Below, one piece after another: positions 8,589 through 18,176 of a DNA stretch of 64,000 nt. The position numbers and the translations under genes were made by a program. Below the pieces are notes generated by a model. It had not been told where the DNA came from and did no database searches. It was given only the letters and a program-made list of their open reading frames with translations. Source of the DNA: an archaeon (GTDB lineage: Archaea > Iainarchaeota > Iainarchaeia > Iainarchaeales > Iainarchaeaceae); contig DATDXA010000031.1 of NCBI GenBank assembly GCA_035289485.1, positions 27,807 to 91,806 on the forward strand, read 5' to 3'. Each line of letters begins with the position of its first letter. Position 1 is the stretch's first letter.

Positions 8589-8674
8589 CTTCAGGCCCAT
8601 TTCCCCATCCAAAACTCCTGGGATTTTAGGAATGTTCTTAATCACTTTCAGCCCCCCATTTTTAGGTATTTCCA

Positions 8675-9793
8675 ATGCAGCTAGACAACCTCTCACTTGC
8701 ATACCTTATAGAAGAGCTAAGGCCAACACTTGACGGGGCGTATGTGAACAAGGTTTCGCAAACAGATAATGGCTGGCTAAAAATAAAGCTCCACTCAAAA
8801 AAAGGCTCGAAGGATTTGATAATTGCAAAGAACAATTTCTTCATTTCAAATTATTCAATTCAGGCAAAGCACGGCAAGAACAATTTCGCGGTTTCGCTCA
8901 AAAAAAGCCTCTACAACAAAAAGCTGGTTTCCGCGCAAACACACGATTTCGACCGCGTGGTTGAATTCAAATTTCTAGAGCACACGCTTGTTCTTGAGCT
9001 CCTTGGCGAGGGCAATCAAATCCTCATGGGAAAGGACGGGAAAATAATTTCTTGCGCGCGCAACGAGGACTGGGCTGACCGCAAAACCCGCAGGGGCGAG
9101 ACATATATTTTCCCAAAGCACCAGCGCAATCCCGCGCAGCTTGAGGGCGATGATCTAAAAAAGATTTTCGGCTTTTCGGAAAAGGACGCAATCCGCGCCC
9201 TGCTCTCTTCTGTAAACATTCCGCCCCTGATTGCAGAAGAAACTTTTTTCCTTCTAAAAATCGACAAGGCAAAGCCCGCTGCAAAAGTTTCCGAAGCGGA
9301 AGCCGAAAGGGTGGCAGCCAAAATAAGGGAATTCTACTCGCTCAAAGAGGAATACGTGCCGGTCTCTTACAAGGGTTTCGTTTTTCCTTTTCCACTTCAG
9401 CACCTAAAGGAACAGCCCGCGCCCATAAAATCACTAAACGATTTTCTAAATGAATTGCTAGTGCCCACGATTTCCACTCCAAAAGAGGAGGAGAAAAAGA
9501 CGGTTTCCAAGAGCCGCGTCTCGGGACTTGAATTCATGCAAAAGCAGCAGGTGGAGGCGAAAAAGAAATTCGAGCTTGCGGCAGAGGAAAACAACCGCAA
9601 AGCAGAGCTCATATACGAGCATTACAATGAAATCGAGGAGCTGCGAAAGGCCGTGCTCGCAGGTGTGCAAAAGAACCTTAACGAAAAAAAGATTTCAGAA
9701 GCCCTATTTGCCGCCGCTTCAAAAGGAAATGCGGCGGCTAGGCTGCTAAAAAAACTTGACATCAAGAAAAAGAAAATGGAACTTGAACTTTGA
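8675..9793 (+). CDS. NFACT-N (FbpA/Rqc2/Tae2-like) domain protein, short form with a Lys/Glu-rich coiled-coil tail
   Basis: The N-terminus LSLAYLIEEL...GAYVNKVSQ...WLKIKL...LIIAKNNFFISNY resembles the NFACT-N / fibronectin-binding protein A N-domain. At 372 aa it is shorter than typical archaeal NEMF homologs (about 600-670 aa). Confidence 0.55.
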   Translation: MQLDNLSLAYLIEELRPTLDGAYVNKVSQTDNGWLKIKLHSKKGSKDLIIAKNNFFISNYSIQAKHGKNNFAVSLKKSLYNKKLVSAQTHDFDRVVEFKFLEHTLVLELLGEGNQILMGKDGKIISCARNEDWADRKTRRGETYIFPKHQRNPAQLEGDDLKKIFGFSEKDAIRALLSSVNIPPLIAEETFFLLKIDKAKPAAKVSEAEAERVAAKIREFYSLKEEYVPVSYKGFVFPFPLQHLKEQPAPIKSLNDFLNELLVPTISTPKEEEKKTVSKSRVSGLEFMQKQQVEAKKKFELAAEENNRKAELIYEHYNEIEELRKAVLAGVQKNLNEKKISEALFAAASKGNAAARLLKKLDIKKKKMELEL

Positions 9794-9798
9794 TAAAA

Positions 9799-10065
9799 TT
9801 ATCTCTGTTCAGAGCCTATTTCCCTTTCATCAACTATGAAGACATCGCTAACCGCTGTTACTGCGGAGTACGGCACTTCAATTATCCTGTCCTTGGCGTC
9901 AATTTTCTTTGCCACTTTAGATTCCCTGTCGACTTCGACAAGAAGGTGCTCTATTGTGCCTGTCTGCTCATCAACGAGAAGGTCAACTAGCTTTCCAACT
10001 TCGTCTCCTCTGTTGGTAATGACCCTTTTTGTTGCAAGCTGCCTTGCTATTGTGTATTTGTACAT
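9799..10065 (-). CDS. PRC-barrel domain protein
   Basis: 88 aa, with GDEVGKLVDLLVDEQTGTIEHLLV typical of PRC-barrel proteins. Confidence 0.65.
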   Translation of the reverse strand: MYKYTIARQLATKRVITNRGDEVGKLVDLLVDEQTGTIEHLLVEVDRESKVAKKIDAKDRIIEVPYSAVTAVSDVFIVDEREIGSEQR

Positions 10066-10269
10066 AGTAGTCTCCCCTTTTTCTTCATCAAAAAGAAAAT
10101 TTCTATATTAGGAAAGTCTAACTTATTTAAATATTTATGGGGGAAGAGGCCCGAATACATAACTCTTTTCGCGGATTTGAGACGGTTTACGATTGTTTAA
10201 TGGGGTTAGATGGCTAATGCCTGGCTCCTTCATGCCTGCTTGAAAAGGAGACAAAAACGTGTTATGTAG

Positions 10270-11505
10270 ATGATATTTTTGAGGGTTAATACCTTCCCAA
10301 TCCTTTATAAAAATCGTCGAAGCCCAATGTGCTCTATGCCAATTATACTTGAAGCGGTTGAGCACAAGGAAGAGGGCTGCGGCTGCCACAGCCACGAAGC
10401 TGCCGAGACCATCGAGGCTCCTGTTGCTGTTGAAGAATTCGACGGCGCGGAGATGAACTATGAGCACTCGGAAAAAGACGAGACAAAGTTCCTCTCAAAA
10501 AAGCAGGTAGAAAAACTAAAGAATTCAAGGTACGCAATGGTCGGCTCTCACTCTGCGGTCCAGATATGCTCATGGAACAAGAAAGCAATAAAGCAGGAAG
10601 GCGTTTGCTACAAGCAAAAATTCTACGGGATAGAATGCGCAAACTGCGCCCAGATGTCGCCTTCCGTTCTCTGGTGCAATGAAAATTGCGTTTTCTGCTG
10701 GCGCCCGATGGAGTGGATGCGCAACGTAAACCTTGAAGATGTTGAAGTTGATGCCCCTGCAAAGATAATTTCAGGGACAATTGTGCAGCGCCAAAAGCTG
10801 CTCTCAGGTTTTGGCGGCCTCACTTCCATAAACAAAGAGAGGTATGAGAAAAGCAAAATGCCGACGCACTGGGCGGTTTCGCTCTCTGGCGAACCAACGC
10901 TCTACCCTAAAATCTGCGAACTCATTGCAGAAATCAAAAGCCTGCCCGAAACAAAAAGCGTGTTCCTTGTAACAAACGCGCAGAAGACCGATGTGTTTGA
11001 GAAAATGGCCACAAACAAAAAATACCTTCCAACGCAGCTTTACGTTTCACTAGATGCTCCAAATGAGGAGATGTTCAAAAAAATCAACCGCTCCGTTCTG
11101 CAGGATGGCTGGCAGAGGCTTGCGAATTCAATGCGCGTAATTTCAAATTTAGAAACACGAAAGGTCGTGCGCGTGACTCTTATGAAAAGCATCAACGATG
11201 ATGAGGCAAACCTGCAGGCATGGTCTGATTTGGTCTGGACAATGAAGCCGGAATTTTTGGAAATAAAATCCTACATGCACATCGGCGATTCACGCTCGCG
11301 CCTCTCACGTGACAACATGCCAACTTTTGATGAGATTAAAGCATGGTCAGAAAAATTCGCCGCAATTTCAGGATATGTTTGCAAGGATTTCTCGCGCCCG
11401 AGCAGGATAATGCTCCTTGTGCGCCCTGATTTGAAGGAAAAGAACACCAAGCTCGAATTCGCAAGAAAGGAAATGGGGCTTAACGGCGATGGAATTGACT
11501 TTTAG
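10270..11505 (+). CDS. taw1: tRNA 4-demethylwyosine synthase (TYW1/Taw1), radical SAM
   Basis: CYKQKFYGIECANCAQMSPSVLWCNENCVFCWRP radical-SAM and second cluster, and SLSGEPTLYP. True start probably at an internal Met (MCSMP or MNYEH). Has an N-terminal extension containing CGCH. Confidence 0.8.
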   Translation: MIFLRVNTFPILYKNRRSPMCSMPIILEAVEHKEEGCGCHSHEAAETIEAPVAVEEFDGAEMNYEHSEKDETKFLSKKQVEKLKNSRYAMVGSHSAVQICSWNKKAIKQEGVCYKQKFYGIECANCAQMSPSVLWCNENCVFCWRPMEWMRNVNLEDVEVDAPAKIISGTIVQRQKLLSGFGGLTSINKERYEKSKMPTHWAVSLSGEPTLYPKICELIAEIKSLPETKSVFLVTNAQKTDVFEKMATNKKYLPTQLYVSLDAPNEEMFKKINRSVLQDGWQRLANSMRVISNLETRKVVRVTLMKSINDDEANLQAWSDLVWTMKPEFLEIKSYMHIGDSRSRLSRDNMPTFDEIKAWSEKFAAISGYVCKDFSRPSRIMLLVRPDLKEKNTKLEFARKEMGLNGDGIDF

Positions 11506-11529
11506 AGTGCAGAAAAAACCCCGCGCGCC

Positions 11530-12126
11530 TCATTTCGTAAAACTTTTCCCAGTCACCCGGTTCCTGAAAATTCTCCAGCCATAAACCGTGTATGCCTTTG
11601 CCCTGTTTTTTTTCCACATTACGTGAAATTTCCTGATTTCATCACTCAATTGTTCATGCGTCGGGGGGAACGGAGAGCAGGCATACTGCAATCCCGCAAG
11701 GGACGGGCCCATCTCCTTGTACATTTTTCTGACGTCCTCTGGCATTTTCCAATAATCCTGCTTTACGAGTGGCCTAACTCCCACCAAAGTGAGCTTTCCG
11801 GAAAGCCAGTCTATGATTTGCGGGACCTCGTCAATGTGATATTTTCTCAGGAATTTGCCGACCGGCGTTACCCGGTTATCCTCTTTTTTCAGTTTTTCGA
11901 TTGCGTGGTCACCTGCCATGACATGCATGTAATCAGTGTGCGCACCGCGCTTCATTGTCCGAAGTTTCCTGATTATAATAGGTTTCCCTCCTTTTCCGAC
12001 ACGCACCTGTGCGTGAATCGGGCCCAAATCGGAAAAAGTCTTCAGCTTCATACGAAAAAAATGCCTTAAGTTAAGAAAAACCATCCGGTTCCCGGCATCC
12101 CTTACCAAAATTCTTAAATAAACCAA
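11530..12126 (-). CDS. Bacterial-type sugar phosphotransferase (PglC/WbaP C-terminal catalytic domain family), apparently lacking the N-terminal membrane helix
   Basis: IRKLRTM...GKFLRKYHIDEVPQIIDWLSGKLTLVGVRP matches the KFRTM...DELPQ...SLVGPRP motifs of pfam02397-type sugar transferases. No hydrophobic N-terminus. Confidence 0.7.
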   Translation of the reverse strand: MVYLRILVRDAGNRMVFLNLRHFFRMKLKTFSDLGPIHAQVRVGKGGKPIIIRKLRTMKRGAHTDYMHVMAGDHAIEKLKKEDNRVTPVGKFLRKYHIDEVPQIIDWLSGKLTLVGVRPLVKQDYWKMPEDVRKMYKEMGPSLAGLQYACSPFPPTHEQLSDEIRKFHVMWKKNRAKAYTVYGWRIFRNRVTGKSFTK

Positions 12127-12143
12127 CCGCCTTTATTCCAAAC

Positions 12144-12404
12144 ATGGCTCGCCACGATGACGAAGAGACAACGCTTGAGGGCAGCAGGTTCTGGGACGCC
12201 GGAAAGATAATGCTCGTGGTTGTTTTCGTGGTAGGATTTATCGCAGGCGCATTCGTCACAAACAAATTCATTGACAATAATGCCCTCACAACAACGCAGG
12301 CCGATTCAAATTCACTTTTAGAGCAGAACCGCTTCCTTGATGAGCGCAACGATTCCCTGTATAGCTGCCTTACAAATTATGGCATAGACCCGAATTCGTG
12401 CTAG
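12144..12404 (+). CDS. Small hypothetical membrane protein
   Basis: Single predicted TM helix (IMLVVVFVVGFIAGAFV). 86 aa. Confidence 0.35.
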   Translation: MARHDDEETTLEGSRFWDAGKIMLVVVFVVGFIAGAFVTNKFIDNNALTTTQADSNSLLEQNRFLDERNDSLYSCLTNYGIDPNSC

Positions 12405-12407
12405 GCC

Positions 12408-13037
12408 TTAAGAAACACGCCCGCGCTTTTTCTTGCGGTAGTGCTTTGAGTTGAAGTGCTCCCGCAGCTCCTCAATCTGGCTTTTTGGCATCTTAATTTC
12501 ATTATCCTTCACCGCTTTTTCTATCCGCGCCGCAATATTCTCCCCGGCCCCTTCAAGCCTTTTTTGTGTTTCAACCATTATCTGCTGCGCCTTCTCAGAG
12601 CGCGCCTCGTGCAGTGCCTTCTCAACCTCGTGCAATAAATCAATCATCTCAGAGCTTGCCGCGTGCAAATCCTTCTGCAGATGGCCCGCCCTTTTTAGGT
12701 TATTTGAAAAATGTGATTTCTCCTTGCGCGCTTTCCTTGCAATATCAAGCGCGTCATCAAGGAGCGCATGTATTTTTTTCCCCGCATTTCCCGCAAGGCT
12801 TCCGTGCGCGCGCACAGCCTCTTCCATTTCGTGCAGCGACTCTTCCACGGATTTTTCGAGATTTACAAGCGTAAGCTTTGTATGGATCGCAGACCTTATC
12901 TCATTGTACTCTTTTCTTTCAATGAGCCTGCGCGCCATTTTTGTTTCCAGGGCGTACGCCTTTTTGAGAAGCGCCTCGCGCTCCTTTTCAAGCGAGGGTA
13001 TCTTGTCCGCGCCAAACATCAATTCAAACGGGTTCAT
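12408..13037 (-). CDS. Hypothetical coiled-coil protein
   Basis: 209 aa, Glu/Lys/Ala-rich and helical, ending in the basic tail KKKRGRVS. Confidence 0.4.
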   Translation of the reverse strand: MNPFELMFGADKIPSLEKEREALLKKAYALETKMARRLIERKEYNEIRSAIHTKLTLVNLEKSVEESLHEMEEAVRAHGSLAGNAGKKIHALLDDALDIARKARKEKSHFSNNLKRAGHLQKDLHAASSEMIDLLHEVEKALHEARSEKAQQIMVETQKRLEGAGENIAARIEKAVKDNEIKMPKSQIEELREHFNSKHYRKKKRGRVS

Positions 13038-13086
13038 GCCTTTAGGTTCAGGCTTTCTGCAAATAAAATGGTTGCGGTTGCCCAGG

Positions 13087-13449
13087 TTATTTCACAAATT
13101 CCGTATTTCCCATTCCCCTAAAATCATTGTCGCCTGTGAGGAATTTCATTCCGCGCTTTTCTGCAAGTGTATAGCCCACGCAATCCGAATATGAGAGTGC
13201 CTTCTTTTTGTGCGCGTGCCGCAGTTTTGCAGCCTCAAATAGCTCGTTCTTTTCAATTTCCACAATGTTCAGGTTAAGCTCTGCATATTTTTCCTCGACT
13301 TTTGCGCTCTCGTGGTATTTTAGCATATAATAAAGCAGTTCCACGGCGTTAAATGCCGACGTATTTATCGTTTCGTTTAGGTATTTTCTATAATTCGGGT
13401 TGCCCTGCAACATTTCAATTATGGCGTATGTATCGAAAAAATACATCAC
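13087..13449 (-). CDS. vapC: PIN-domain toxin (VapC family)
   Basis: MMYFFDTYAIIE N-terminal acidic motif and a GDNDF-type C-terminal motif. Overlaps the upstream antitoxin by 4 nt. Confidence 0.75.
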   Translation of the reverse strand: MMYFFDTYAIIEMLQGNPNYRKYLNETINTSAFNAVELLYYMLKYHESAKVEEKYAELNLNIVEIEKNELFEAAKLRHAHKKKALSYSDCVGYTLAEKRGMKFLTGDNDFRGMGNTEFVK

Positions 13450-13667
13450 CAGTCACTTTCCTTTCTTATTTCATCCTTAATTTTCTGCGCGTCAAGCTTC
13501 CATCCTTTAAGCGAACCAAACACCTTTGGATTGGGCGTCTTCTTTTTTCTCAATTCCACAATGATTTCCTCATCAGGCCCGATTTTTTCGAGTGCGACAA
13601 TTTCCTTAGGTATCCTAAATCCTATGCTGTTCCCCCAGCTCCTTGTTTTTGCGACAATTTCAACCAT
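13446..13667 (-). CDS. vapB: AbrB/SpoVT/MazE-type antitoxin (VapB)
   Basis: SWGNSIGFRIPKEIV swapped-hairpin motif. 73 aa. Confidence 0.7.
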   Translation of the reverse strand: MVEIVAKTRSWGNSIGFRIPKEIVALEKIGPDEEIIVELRKKKTPNPKVFGSLKGWKLDAQKIKDEIRKESDW

Positions 13668-13788
13668 GTTTTTTGCTCCAGATTCTAACTAATTATACAA
13701 TAATTATACTTTAAACCTTTCTTTACGAATATTCAATATTACGTCAATCAACGAAATACTTAAATGTGTTTTGCTGTAAAGTTTTTGC

Positions 13789-16700
13789 ATGGGAAAAAAA
13801 CTCCTGCCTTTGCTGCTGCTCTTTTCGCTTGTTTTTGCAGGCTGCCTTGCCAACCCGACAACCGAAGACCGCCTCTCCTGCCTCGAACTCACATCATATG
13901 CTTTCACATCAATCCCCCAATGCAAAACGCAGGATGAGTGCTTTTCGCGCGCACAGGCTGCTCTTGGTTTTGATGAATCCTCCCTTAACTCCATTACCCG
14001 TGAAGAGCTCCTAGGCGCAAAAAACCATCTCGCGCGCTCATGGCTCTTTCTCAATAACGCAAGGGCGAATCTCAAAAACATCCATGCCTTATGCTACTCC
14101 GAGAGCTATTTGGGAATTCCAATGGAAGTGAATGAGCTCAATTCAAATCTCACAACCGTTGGAAAAGAAATAGATTTCTTCAACAAATCCGCGGCGCGCG
14201 CAATCAACACAGAGCTCACTTCAATGGAACTAGATGACATCAATGTGATTGCGCAAGAGCCGCTCTTTGATGATTACTCAGTTCTAAACCAGAATGTGGT
14301 GGATTTTTCGGCGCACAATTCCTCCGGTAAAACCTACGCCTCACGGTTCATCCGCGAGGCCGAAAAATTCAACACAATCGCGCAAACACTAAGCCTTCAG
14401 GGCACACTGCAGCAAACAAGCCTTTTTGGAATAGTTTCAGAAAACAAATCCGCGGCAAAAGAACTGCTAGCCGAATCATCAAAAAAGAGGGATTTTCCGC
14501 TGCAAATAATCGCGCCGGTTTTTTATGGCATTTCAGATTTCCTGCGTGATTTTTTTGCGCTCGGAGGCTCTCTGCAGTCCCTAAAAGCCCTGCCCTCATT
14601 TGATGTGCTATCCTCAATCAACAGCCTCGTGGGAAGCGACAACTCCGCCGCATCTGAATTCTTCTCAGTATTCAAGTCAGATGCGGAGCACAGGAATTTA
14701 CTGAACCTGAAAAACTCCGGCAAGATGCAGCGGGCAAGTTCAGAACTGCCATTGCTTGAATCCGGGCTTGAAATGATTTCCGCTTCCCTCAAATCAATTT
14801 ACACGCAGGATTACCTTGATGCCGGCCTTGCATCCTCGGGTTTTGAGGAATTTCCCGTATCCGAACCGGATCCGCGCAATTTCTATTCTGCTTATTCTGC
14901 AAGGATAAATTTCGTAAAATCGAGGCTGCGCTCCCTTGAGCAGGCGGAGTTTCTTGGCACAATAACCCTTGGCGCAAAAACAACAGAACTTATCGAAATA
15001 CTAGAAGAGAATTCGCGCATTGCAAATGAAATGGATTATTTCACGAGGCTCTCATCCGGCGCCCTGTCCGCATGCGCAGAAAGCCTCTTGCTCGCAGAAT
15101 CAAAAATTTCCTCAAAAGAATTTGAATCGGGAGATGCCGCCGTACTCTCACTCAAGGCAAAGCTGGCTTCCGAGATTTCGGATTTCAAAGCGCAAAACCG
15201 ACTCTCAGGGTGCATTGCAGCGCTTGCGGATTTTCGCAGGCTCGAAGAATACATTAAAAGCGAAAACCCAAGTGCAAAAGCAGCCGAACTGATTGCAGCG
15301 TGCATAATTGATGCGCAGCAGCTCGGCCCTTTTGCGCAATCAGCGGAACTTTCCGCGCAGCTAAATGCCCTAAACAAAATAGTGCCGCCATATGCTAACC
15401 CCGAACTTGTCCTATCTTCCTGCACAAGCTTAAAACAGAGGCTTCTAACCTCCGCGCAATCCTCAGCCGAATCCGCTTCCGCAACACAAAAATTTTCCAC
15501 ACTCTCAAATTACGTCTCAATTCTTGCGCAATTTGCAGCGAAATTTCCCTCTCTTCCATCGGAGCCCGCGGCAAAAAAACTCCAGAATTCTTTCACGGAA
15601 ATTTCCTCAAATTTTACTGATTCCGGCATCAAGAGCGAATCAATTGCGCAAGCGTCCGAACTTGGCGCAAAGCTCGAAAGCCTCAATGCGGATGCAGAGC
15701 AAACACTCAAATCACTTGCCTCAGAGGCGGTGGAAAAATATTCCAAAATAGATTACCCGCAAAACCCGAACCCTCTTCTAATCCCTTCTGGTGTGCTTTC
15801 TGCTTCACAATCCTTTGCGAGAATTTCGTTTGAAAATATCCCCCGCGAAATTCCCCTGTCCGTTATTTCCGCAATAAGCCTGAATTCGCGGGATGCCGCC
15901 GCTGTTTTCTCCACAGGAAATATCGGCTTTGCAGCCCAGGGCGAGAAAACATCCCTGCGTTTTACCGGCCTTCTGCCCGGCATAAATTCAATAGTGCTTG
16001 ATCTCAATGCATTCGCCCAAAGCGCGGGAGCAAAAAATCCCGAAATTCCGCTAAGTGCCGGCGCGGAAAAAATAATCTCTGAAAAAGACTCCATCCTGAA
16101 AAACGCCGCACAATTTTCAGGCGACAAAAAACCCGAGATTGATTTTTTCTCCCAAAAAATAGATTTCCTTGCAAAGCAGGGGCTTTTGGATGATGCGGCA
16201 AAGGCGCTTGCGCTGCTTAAGGAAACTTATTCGGGCGCGGAAGTGCAGGCACAGGAGGCGCTAAAAAAGAAAGCCGATTCATACGCCGAGAAATTCGGGC
16301 AGCTTGCAGCCCTGCGCACCTCCCTTGCAAAGAATTCGAAAGATTTGCTTGATAATTTTTCCTCGCTTGGCGCAGCAATTCCCGCAGAAATTGCCGCATA
16401 TATCCCGATTACAGGGCAGCGCGCAAAAGAACTCTCTGTGCTTGCAGCAAAACAAATTCCGCAGGAAAAGGAATTTGCAGCCCTTATGCAAAAAGGCGAT
16501 TTTGCAGGCGCCATATCGCTTGCCGAAAAAACAGGGCTTGATGAACAAATAACGCTGCTTGATTCTGCTAACAGCGAATCGGAAAATGCCATTGAAAAAA
16601 TCAGGCAGAACGCAATCTCCTCATACGAACTCGCTTCAGAAAAAAGCAAATCTTCTCCTGCGAGTGCCGCTGCCGAGCAGCTTCTCTTAAAATCCAGGGA

Positions 16701-16953
16701 TTCTTTGGGGAAAAAATCCTACCTAAGCTCCCTGCTAAATTCCTCAAATGCGCTTGCTGTTCTCCCTTCGGGCAACCAAAACCTTTTCGGGGGTTTTGAA
16801 ATTCCGCTTCCGGTTTACCCGCTCGCTCTTGTGGTTGTCGCTGCAGGAATTTATGCGTGGAAAAAGAAATCCGTTCAAAAGCCCGCAGAGCCTTCAAGAG
16901 TAAAAAAAGCAAATGAAGAAAATCAGGAAGATGCAGAGCCGCTTCTTTTCTAA
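13789..16953 (+). CDS. Large (1054 aa) exported Ala/Ser/Leu-rich protein with N-terminal signal peptide plus lipobox-like Cys and a C-terminal transmembrane anchor
   Basis: MGKKLLPLLLLFSLVFAGC signal/lipobox, low-complexity predicted-helical body, and C-terminal LALVVVAAGIYAWKKK followed by an acidic tail. Confidence 0.7.
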   Translation: MGKKLLPLLLLFSLVFAGCLANPTTEDRLSCLELTSYAFTSIPQCKTQDECFSRAQAALGFDESSLNSITREELLGAKNHLARSWLFLNNARANLKNIHALCYSESYLGIPMEVNELNSNLTTVGKEIDFFNKSAARAINTELTSMELDDINVIAQEPLFDDYSVLNQNVVDFSAHNSSGKTYASRFIREAEKFNTIAQTLSLQGTLQQTSLFGIVSENKSAAKELLAESSKKRDFPLQIIAPVFYGISDFLRDFFALGGSLQSLKALPSFDVLSSINSLVGSDNSAASEFFSVFKSDAEHRNLLNLKNSGKMQRASSELPLLESGLEMISASLKSIYTQDYLDAGLASSGFEEFPVSEPDPRNFYSAYSARINFVKSRLRSLEQAEFLGTITLGAKTTELIEILEENSRIANEMDYFTRLSSGALSACAESLLLAESKISSKEFESGDAAVLSLKAKLASEISDFKAQNRLSGCIAALADFRRLEEYIKSENPSAKAAELIAACIIDAQQLGPFAQSAELSAQLNALNKIVPPYANPELVLSSCTSLKQRLLTSAQSSAESASATQKFSTLSNYVSILAQFAAKFPSLPSEPAAKKLQNSFTEISSNFTDSGIKSESIAQASELGAKLESLNADAEQTLKSLASEAVEKYSKIDYPQNPNPLLIPSGVLSASQSFARISFENIPREIPLSVISAISLNSRDAAAVFSTGNIGFAAQGEKTSLRFTGLLPGINSIVLDLNAFAQSAGAKNPEIPLSAGAEKIISEKDSILKNAAQFSGDKKPEIDFFSQKIDFLAKQGLLDDAAKALALLKETYSGAEVQAQEALKKKADSYAEKFGQLAALRTSLAKNSKDLLDNFSSLGAAIPAEIAAYIPITGQRAKELSVLAAKQIPQEKEFAALMQKGDFAGAISLAEKTGLDEQITLLDSANSESENAIEKIRQNAISSYELASEKSKSSPASAAAEQLLLKSRDSLGKKSYLSSLLNSSNALAVLPSGNQNLFGGFEIPLPVYPLALVVVAAGIYAWKKKSVQKPAEPSRVKKANEENQEDAEPLLF

Positions 16954-16954
16954 A

Positions 16955-18172
16955 TCATTTCTTCAAATAAAAGTAGGCGAAAACACCAAGCGAAATCAGC
17001 GCAAGTATTGCAGAGCCGATTATTTCAATCCCTATTCCCTTCTGCAATGTCACAGTTGTGGTTTCGCACTCAAGCAGGCGCGATTCATACTCTGCCGCGC
17101 ACCCAAGTTCGTAATTGCCAGCGCTCAGGCCTTTCACGCTGAAAACAACATCCTGCGAAGCATTTGGTTCAAGCGTGCCAATTGATTTGGATTTTTCCCC
17201 GGTAACTTCAAGGCCCGTAAGAGGCGTTATTGCTACGCTAGAAACATTTTCCTTGCTTATATTTTGCACCGTGATTTTGAGCGGAATGCTCCCCCCAGTG
17301 TAGAGCTTGTCATTATCCAGCGCGACTTTTACCGAAATCTTGTGCGGCGGCTCAACCGCCCCAAGATCTGGCCTGTTTGTGAGCATCCTCTCTTCCTCAC
17401 CAAAAACATTTGTAAATGCCATGACCGAGGGGAGCAGCGTGAAGGGCACTGCCTTGTGCGCTACAATAAAATATGAAATGCTCAGTTCCCCAGGCTTTGC
17501 GCAGTTTCCAAGCGCATCCCGCTCAGAGCACTTTGGCACTGTTCCGCTCTTTGAAGTGATTCCGTCAAGCACGCTAACTTCAGGAGCCGCCCTTTCAAGC
17601 TCGGCTTTTCTATAGCTTAGTGAAACCGTTGCATCTTCAGTTCCAAAATTTCTTGCAACTGAAGTGATTTTGAACGGCACTCCCACATATGGCGCGTAAG
17701 TGTCAAGGTCCATTTTGAAGCCTTTCTCCTGCGGGAAATAAGCTCCCGTATAAACCCCGAATTTCGAATCCGCAAAAACCGTTATCGCATTCACGGTGTA
17801 AGAAGTCTGGCCGCAAACCGTGACGCTGTTATTTTCCTTCAAAAGCCCCTGGGGCACCGGGATTCTCACAACCCCGTTCTGGAAATCGGCGTATGTAAGC
17901 TCTGCAATCTTTTGCGTGTTGAATAAAACATTGATTTTCGCGTTGCTCTTTGGCACGGGCGCGAGATTTGCATTGAGTGAAATTATCTGAAACATCTCTG
18001 CGTTGATGTCGCCTGAGTAAATAAAATCAAAATTTGTGCACTTGTGCACATTAACCCCGCTTATGTAGAAATCCTGGTAGCCTTGGTCGTGGAAAGTGAA
18101 TTCCTGCACAACCGCTGCTGAGGTTATGTAGCTGAAAAATACTAGTGCAAATAAAATAAGGAATTTTTTCAT
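16955..18172 (-). CDS. Exported hypothetical protein with signal peptide and C-terminal TM anchor (Thr/Val/Ser/Gly-rich)
   Basis: MKKFLILFALVFFSYITSAAV signal and C-terminal IIGSAILALISLGVFAYFYLKK. Its stop codon is 1 nt from the stop of the convergent 1054-aa gene. Confidence 0.65.
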   Translation of the reverse strand: MKKFLILFALVFFSYITSAAVVQEFTFHDQGYQDFYISGVNVHKCTNFDFIYSGDINAEMFQIISLNANLAPVPKSNAKINVLFNTQKIAELTYADFQNGVVRIPVPQGLLKENNSVTVCGQTSYTVNAITVFADSKFGVYTGAYFPQEKGFKMDLDTYAPYVGVPFKITSVARNFGTEDATVSLSYRKAELERAAPEVSVLDGITSKSGTVPKCSERDALGNCAKPGELSISYFIVAHKAVPFTLLPSVMAFTNVFGEEERMLTNRPDLGAVEPPHKISVKVALDNDKLYTGGSIPLKITVQNISKENVSSVAITPLTGLEVTGEKSKSIGTLEPNASQDVVFSVKGLSAGNYELGCAAEYESRLLECETTTVTLQKGIGIEIIGSAILALISLGVFAYFYLKK

Positions 18173-18176
18173 TCGG

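Noticed and set aside
10135-10467. 110-aa minus-strand ORF overlapping the TYW1 5' region
   Set aside because: No motifs. It overlaps the better-supported plus-strand TYW1 frame and looks like a frame shadow in a GC-rich region.
13789-16953. Annotating the 1054-aa protein as the S-layer protein
   Set aside because: The composition (Ala/Ser/Leu/Glu-rich, helical) and lack of any recognisable S-layer, PKD or Ig-like domain do not support that call. Kept as a hypothetical surface protein.
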